Part shown: one piece after another, positions 56,861 through 64,000 of the stretch
How the letters are laid out: each line of letters begins with the position of its first letter
How positions within the stretch are numbered: the stretch's first letter is position 1
Source: Schizochytrium sp. TIO01
Taxonomy: Eukaryota > Protista > Bigyra: Labyrinthulomycetes
Reading direction: 5' to 3'
NCBI GenBank assembly: GCA_004764695.1
Contig: SMSO01000034.1
Coordinates: 2,914,001 to 2,978,000 of the forward strand
Length of the DNA: 64,000 nt
Notes under the pieces: generated by a model
What the model was told of the DNA's origin: nothing
Database searches by the model: none
The model's input: only the letters and a program-made list of their open reading frames with translations
Program-made: the position numbers and the translations under genes

Positions 56861-59800
56861 ATTCATAAAACGCTGAAGCCGTAAAATTATCTTTAATTCT
56901 TCACATGATCCATTTTCTCATTAGGTAAAACTAAATTATGCAAATTCAGAAGTAAGTTCACTATCTTAAAAAAATCTTCGATTGCAAATAAATAAACAAC
57001 ATATAAACTAGAATAATGTGTTGGATATTAACAGCAAAATTATATAGACGACCGAAAAATCGACGGACATTTAAACAATAGTTTAATTTAAAGTTGAAAC
57101 TATTTAAAGCGTACTGGAAAAATAAGTATGGAAATTTCTGGATCCAGATCACTAATTTCACTTTTAAAAAAATCGAAGAGCTGGCTTTCATCATTTTGTA
57201 CTGGAGAAGAGTAAAAAATATCTGAGCGATTCTAAAATTCTAACCCCAAAAATTGTAATCTCAACATGACGCACTAACTCTCCCCATTTTGAATGCATGC
57301 ATTTATATCATGAGATTGGATTTGCGAAGAAATATAGAGTAAATTGCCTTTAAAAGATCATCAGATGAAGAATTATTTTTTGAAACAAGTAGATACTTGC
57401 TTTATGAACTCCAATAGTTCATGTTGCGCGTTCCATTTCAATTTTATGGCAACGCTCTAATGTAGATTTCAGTTGTCAAATAAAAATTGCAAATGTATAA
57501 ATTGTTGTTCCTACATTAGATTTAATCAATAGAAACTGGTAAGCTTAAACAAGAATCCAAATTAAATCCAGATTGTTGAGGTGGGTTGCGCACGAGCACA
57601 AAAGTGCAAATCCTTTAATTCTTGTATGTTCGAGTACAACTTTTTGCAATTTCAAAAATCATACTTTAATCACTCATCATTCAGTATAATATACTAAGAC
57701 ACATTTTGTAGGAATATCATTTTAGAATTCGGTAGACTGGTACTGGCCTCGTAACACAGCTATTTGTGTGTAGAGCTCGTGTGCCATCCATCATTAGCAA
57801 GGACACTCAATTAATTTTCGGAAGGACGTTTTTTCCCAGCTCAAGTCATGCCTTATTGGGTGCAATCGATCAGAATCGGTGTCAATTTAAAAAATAGGTC
57901 CAGTACCAAAGTTTATTTCATCTGAGAGCAACTTCCGTCAGCACGGCCTGCACCTTTCGATATAAAAGTTTGTATCCCAAAATTTATATTCAGAAGCGCT
58001 GTAACGAATACCTTCCCCATTTACGTAGTGTATTGTAGGTACGGCGTAACATCTCTCAAGTAGCAAGCGGAAGAAGGGACCTGCAAGATGTTTGGTTGCC
58101 TCCGCGATTCTGCAACACCACCACGCGCAAGCACGATCACAAGGCCACACTAGCTCACGTCCCTACACCGCGAAGCTTGGACACTAAATTTCTGCTTTAG
58201 CGTAGTGCGCACCATATACCCTCGCTCGCCTCGAAAATGATTTGCACGCGCAAGGCTCAGCCTACAGCTACACTTCAAGTTGCTCCTATTGCATCCAACC
58301 ACTCGGATCCGCTCCAGAATAGTCAGCCAACAAGTAGTATCATTCGTATGCTACACTTGCTGCGCACATTCTGTCACATCCCTCGCGTCAGATTTGGCTG
58401 CCAATCAATCGATCATCTCCAAGCTGAGTATTTTTAGTGCATCTCTTCCTCTAAGAAGGTCCTTTGCTGCCAACAACGTTCGCCTTGGTGACAGAATTTG
58501 GTTGGCCTCCGAGTTCTCCGTCCCTGTCATAGCACACCAGGTATCATGGGACTCGAGACTTCCTTCACATTTCATACTTCATACATATTATGTGCTTCAG
58601 GTTATCACCGCTTGTTGACAGTTAGTTACCCTGGCTGCCGCCAGCAAGCCTCTCGAGATTGCCAACCAAGAAAATCGCGAGCTGAGAAAAAAATAAAACT
58701 TACAAACTTTAGACCGACACATAAACCAAATTATGGACTCAAACTATCTAATAGCTTAAGTTCATTATTATTATTATTAAAGTTAAAAAATAAATAAAAC
58801 GAAATATTATATACTACTACCTCTCTATTATTTGCTTTTCGAAGTATCTAACTTTAAAGAAAAGCAAGTCAATTGTTGATCCTTTCCTTTGCTATTTTGC
58901 GTGGACATCACCGCAACTCAAGGGTGGCGGCTCAAGCTGTCAACCAACAAAGAGGCAGAGGCACAGCAACATGGTCCTTCTGGAGAACTTAATTAATGGC
59001 TCCGCTGCAAAGTTTTAGTGAATAATCTTTTATTCTTGCAGAAAAATAAAGGCTTGAAAAAACTGTAGTACGCTTAAGGATACCTGACTTGATCCAGTTG
59101 AATCTGCTAGCTAGCTAGCTATGCAGAAGAGCCATCGCCACATTTTTGTGACTCAAGGCCGTACCAGGACATCGTTAGACCATCAAACTTTGTCTGGATT
59201 TGTGCGACTGCTCCTACCTGGCTGCTTTGCTTCTATTAGACTCTTCCCAAACAATTACGTTACCGAGCATGTTAGTTGTTGAGTTCTATTTAGAAAAGAT
59301 ACCCTGCAAGTAATACAATAAATAAATAGTTTTTGTTTTCTAATTTTAATAATAAAAATAACTATTTTGTATCACAGTAGTAACATGATAAAAATAAATA
59401 AATAAACGAGAACAACTCCACGCGCAATGTTCAGCGCGGTTTTCGTAGTGCAGACCATTTGCATACTCTTCCTGTTAAGAGACTCATCTTACAATTCGAC
59501 GAAAACAATTGATAATGTCAAAGATGAGGCCGGGAAAGTGTAGCTAAGTACATTACTGGGTGCAATAATAGGTGTAGCTTTCTCGTTAGAGAATTTATCA
59601 TCACATGAGGTTTATTCTAAAGGGCTCCTCACCAAGCCAAGGTTACCAGGGGGTCAATTTTATGAACTTTGCATGAATATGGATTTACTTACAGAAAGGA
59701 AACATGGAAAAAGATGTACAAGGACAACATGCTTTTTCGCTTGTCTGAATTTCCCAATGACTAAACAGATATCATCTAGCTATCGATGCCCCTTCATGCG

Positions 59801-62800
59801 TCGATTACCACTTTAAAGAGGGGTCTTGTTGACTTTTACGCACTGTATTTTATTTGGCGAGGAGAGTCGCATTCTGTATATAATCCACTTCACAACTAAT
59901 TGGAATCATCGCTCAAGGTATCTCACTATATATTTTCAACATTAGAAAGTTAAATCATATTATCGCAGTTATTGTCTCCTCGTGTTGCTGTTTGTTCGGT
60001 GCATTTTAACATGCGGTGCTCTTCAAAGATCAGCAGGCAGGTTTCTTGCTCTGTCTTTTTCAATAGATGAGGCGCTCTCGATTCTTAGGAGAGGCCTTAA
60101 TGCTCTTTGCGTGAAAACTAAGAAGAGGAGTTGTCTTGTACTAATGCTTCTACGCATGAAGATAGATAGTAGTAATCTTCGAATAGTAGAAAAGAACTCA
60201 GGCTGAAGATAAAGTTTCAACTTCTTCATTCCAAGATGAAATATTAGTATCATTCCAAGTTAAGGGCCTAGCACTTTGTTGGAAAAGCATCACTGCCGGG
60301 GGTTCTTTAATAAGCCTATTCAAATTGGAGCAATGCGCTATGCATATCAAAACCAAACAAAGAACCAAGGAGAATGAGAGAAACATTGGGCTCCGGACAA
60401 GAATTTAACTACCATATAAACTACTTGCTATGGTATTGGATTAAAAAGAAATAGTAGTTTCTACTGTGTTATATCCCGTCCTCATTAAGAAAATGTAATT
60501 AATTGTTCGTAGAAGAGGGAAGAATGAAGAACCCGTAGTTCCAATAGTTGCACCCTATGTATTTCCATTTATGTCCTTTCTTCAAGTGGTAAGCGTTCAT
60601 GCTTATAATAGATAGTAAGATGCATTTTAAAATCTTTATCTTTAGAAAACCAAAATAAAGAAACAAGGTACTACGCATCGGATTGACTGGGAGCAGGAAA
60701 GGGACGTCTTGACAATTGAATTGATGATGACTATATTAGAGACATATACGTCTTGTTTGCCAGATAGCCGATTCCTAGACGTTTGTTCACCCACCGAATA
60801 AAAAAAGCGAAGAACACAATTTTGTGACACCTTTATTGGGAACATACATTATATGAAATTATATATGCTAAAATAAATACATACCACACAATAGGCGCTA
60901 TTAAGAAAAAGAAAAAACTTAAAAGCTTTAAAAAGTCTTTAAAAGAGTTGAATAAAAAACTTAAATAAAAAAACTGGTATCATAAATTATTTTTTAAAAC
61001 GAAGTGAAAAAAAAAGAGAGAGAATGGAAAGGAGGTTAGCAGTATGGAAACAGTCCCACATAATTATAGTTAAATTTCCATTTTTCGAATGCAAAAGATC
61101 ACTCCTGTACCTAGGAAGAATACAGCACTGTGGATTATTAGATGAATGTGAATCAACCCCATTCATTTTGCCAATTGCAAACTTCGATTTAAAACATAAT
61201 CTCCTATCCATTTTCACAATTTTATACTGAGCTTAGCAACCCAAATGCGATGTATACAGTGTCATTTTAAAGAAATTGGCAAGGTCTTATCCTGGACACC
61301 AGTAATTACTAAGTAAGTAAGTAAATTTGAACATGTGAATTTCATTTTATCGCTCATTTCGTTGTTATCTAAATCAGATAGCATTGAAAGTATAGATATA
61401 CCAACCCATTATGTCTTTGCGCTGGCCCATATTCTTGCTTTCTATATATTATATGTGTTAAAACATTGATATTGAATGAATATTGCACAATGCTATTAGG
61501 TTCGCACAGTAGCTATCTCAAATTTATGTTAATTCGTCGCGTTGAATGCAAGTTGTGCAAAACCTTCTCATATATATATGGAGAGAGAGATTTCACAAAT
61601 TTGGGCCTGACATTCTTATTAATTGCAAACTCACACTCAATGACATATAGCATTTTAGACGATAAGGAATTAATTGGAGTCTGTCATTCTAAAACTCCCG
61701 AGAGAGCCCTTTACACATCGATCTCTTCGTGTTCTCTTGAGGTTTTCGGAATGTAGCAAAACCTAAGCCAAGTCATCTAGAAATTCCAGATCTGTTGAGT
61801 GGGCACTGGGGCCAGCACCAATGATGATAGCCACGCGGCGCACCGAACGAAAGCTGAACTCATTCGTAGACTAAGAGATAAACAAAATACGGTTTTGCAC
61901 CTGAACATTAGTAGCAGTGCAAAAAATTATTGTCAAGTTAAAATAACAAAAACTGTAAGTGCAATTATGAATTTTTAAAAAAAGAAAAGAAAAAAAGAAA
62001 AAAAGAGAAGGGATATAACACAAAATAATAATATATCCAAACGAAGTCTCAATTTTGATGGATGCGGAATGACGTACATTCTGAACTACTTACAAAGGGA
62101 GTGTTAGGTCTTGCATGGTATAAAGCGTGAAGCTTTGGCTCCCATCCTCAAAGAGAATTGGAGTTGGAATAATGCAATTTGTTCAAAAGATGAGAGCATT
62201 AAATGACATGTATTGCCTTACCATATATCCATTTAATAATGTGCTGTCTTGTGCTATTAGGCGTTAGGCTTGCTCCTTCAATCAGTCATGCTTTTCGATG
62301 CCTAACTTTTATCATAGTAGTTCTTTCACTGGGATATATGATCATTCCAAAGTTTTCTAATTTCTGAGCACACAGACAAAGATTAAGTAGATGTCCAGTC
62401 TTTGCTCATCTGCTCAAACAGCACATCCAAGTCTCAAGGCGCGACGTCTTTCTATTAAGATTAGGTTTTGCTGAGTTTCGCAACTAAAATTTGTTCACTT
62501 TCACAACTCCAGCTAAGAAATTATCCAGCATTCCATGAAAGTTTAGTAGGAGAATTTAAGCGAGAGTTGCCAGAAATTTTGTGAATCTTCGGACTTGAAG
62601 CGTCTCTATGTAGCGAGCATATTCCCTTGGAAATGTCTGGTGTCAGAGTGCTCGTCGTGACGGAACTGACCTCCAGCGAAGAGGTCCTAAGAGAGTATCT
62701 TGACAGGCTTTCTATTTTGGTGACAATTTTCTACAAGTCTTGACTTCTCCAATTTGTTCGGCACGACTAAATCATTTCTGAAGAGCTGTTCAGCAGTTCA

Positions 62801-64000
62801 GTATGTAAGAAGGGTTTTGTCAAGCGAGACGGTTGCCCATAGATTAATGATAACACATGCCATCTACTAGATACCTACCCTTATATTATATAGCTATGTT
62901 TTAACATTATAATATTCCTTTTTTTTTCTACTTTTTTATACCTGGTTAACTAATACTGCCTCTGTGATGCAATAGATGTTGTTTATGTATCACAGGCCTG
63001 CACTAAAATGTATGAACAGGATATATCTTACCAGCGAGGGAGTGTGTTATGTATCAATATATTTAATCTATCTCTATTGCACTTCTGCGAAAGGTTAATT
63101 AAAAACGCCCGACTTGGTCCGAAAAGAGAACCTGCTGAGAAGGTCGGGTTGGTCGCGCTGGAGGTATGTCTCCAACTCTTGAGAGCTGATCGACCAGGAA
63201 CGTGTTCAATCTCAAGGGTAGAAACGTTGTTCTGCCAGCATTCCTGCGGCTTCTTATAGCCTATCGTAAAGTTACTCTGGCCACAAAAATTATTCACCAG
63301 CTTTAGTTTCTAGGTCTGCTTGTAAATAGCGCTGATAAAAAGGAAAGTAGGAGAGAGCAACAGGAATATATCGTCAGTTACGTCAATGAAAAGAGACATC
63401 TGCGCAACCCACACAGAGGCGCCATCCAGGAGCCTCCGTAGTTGCTGTGAAGAGAACACTTTATGATCGTTGCTGCCAGTGTATAAGACTTATTTCTGTG
63501 CCTTCTTCTTCTCATTTCTTTAGAAATTTTCTCTAAAACTGATCTGATTGAACATAATGATGTCTTCCTCAACTTGTTTAACTCTCAACTCGTGTGAAGA
63601 AGATTAATCGTGTTCTGACTTGTCGGCGACTCTTTGTCTGATGGTGTGGCCGAGCAAAAGTTTTAATGTACTGGCGAAATGTGATGCGAGGCAACCACTT
63701 GCACGCATGCTGTATTTTTTTTTTTGTGATATTTGCCAGCTTGCTTTATTATGCTGGTCTTGAATTACCATGTTTTAAAACAAAACTCTGGCTAACTCTA
63801 ATCAAATTTGCCAAAATAGGAATGCTGCGCATTGTAGAGTGCTCTACCTAAGATATGGTCTATTAGGCCGAGTGCTAATGGCTGGCGGAGGATATTCATG
63901 TGTTAAATGCCTTGTTACGTCAAAGGTTTCGATTTTCGCAAGAATGGTGAACAAGAGGAATAAACAATCATTTCATACAGTCATTAGAATAAGGAGAAGG

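Overview
Eukaryotic nuclear DNA, not prokaryotic: GC-richer, mostly intronless genes separated by AT-rich spacers, with GT-AG introns in two genes. Gene style (a secreted PAN/TASP-repeat/VWA protein, sparse introns) suggests a stramenopile protist such as a thraustochytrid, but this is an inference. About 16 protein-coding genes are supportable: Erv1/ALR sulfhydryl oxidase, a membrane-anchored EcKL/APH-type kinase fused to a hydrolase-like beta-barrel domain, a 4-exon beta-hairpin-repeat/coiled-coil protein, a cationic amino-acid transporter, a protein with collinear similarity to the PI3K-gamma adaptor p101/p84 (PIK3R5/6), an ERp29-like protein, two ankyrin proteins (one F-box-like), UDP-glucose 4-epimerase, tripeptidyl-peptidase II (split by a 1-nt frameshift), a DUF2256-DUF3253 fusion, a Sec14/CRAL-TRIO protein, a secreted PAN-mucin-VWA protein, an ELYS-like protein, a POT/PTR peptide transporter and one short orphan. 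Stretches at about 23.7-28.9 kb, 41.5-46 kb and 57-64 kb look like decayed coding or mobile DNA. No rRNA, tRNA, CRISPR or intact transposon was recognised. The most notable items are the p101-like adaptor in an apparently non-animal genome, the kinase fusion and the TPP2 frameshift. All family assignments come from motif recognition by eye and recalled reference sequences, not from database searches.
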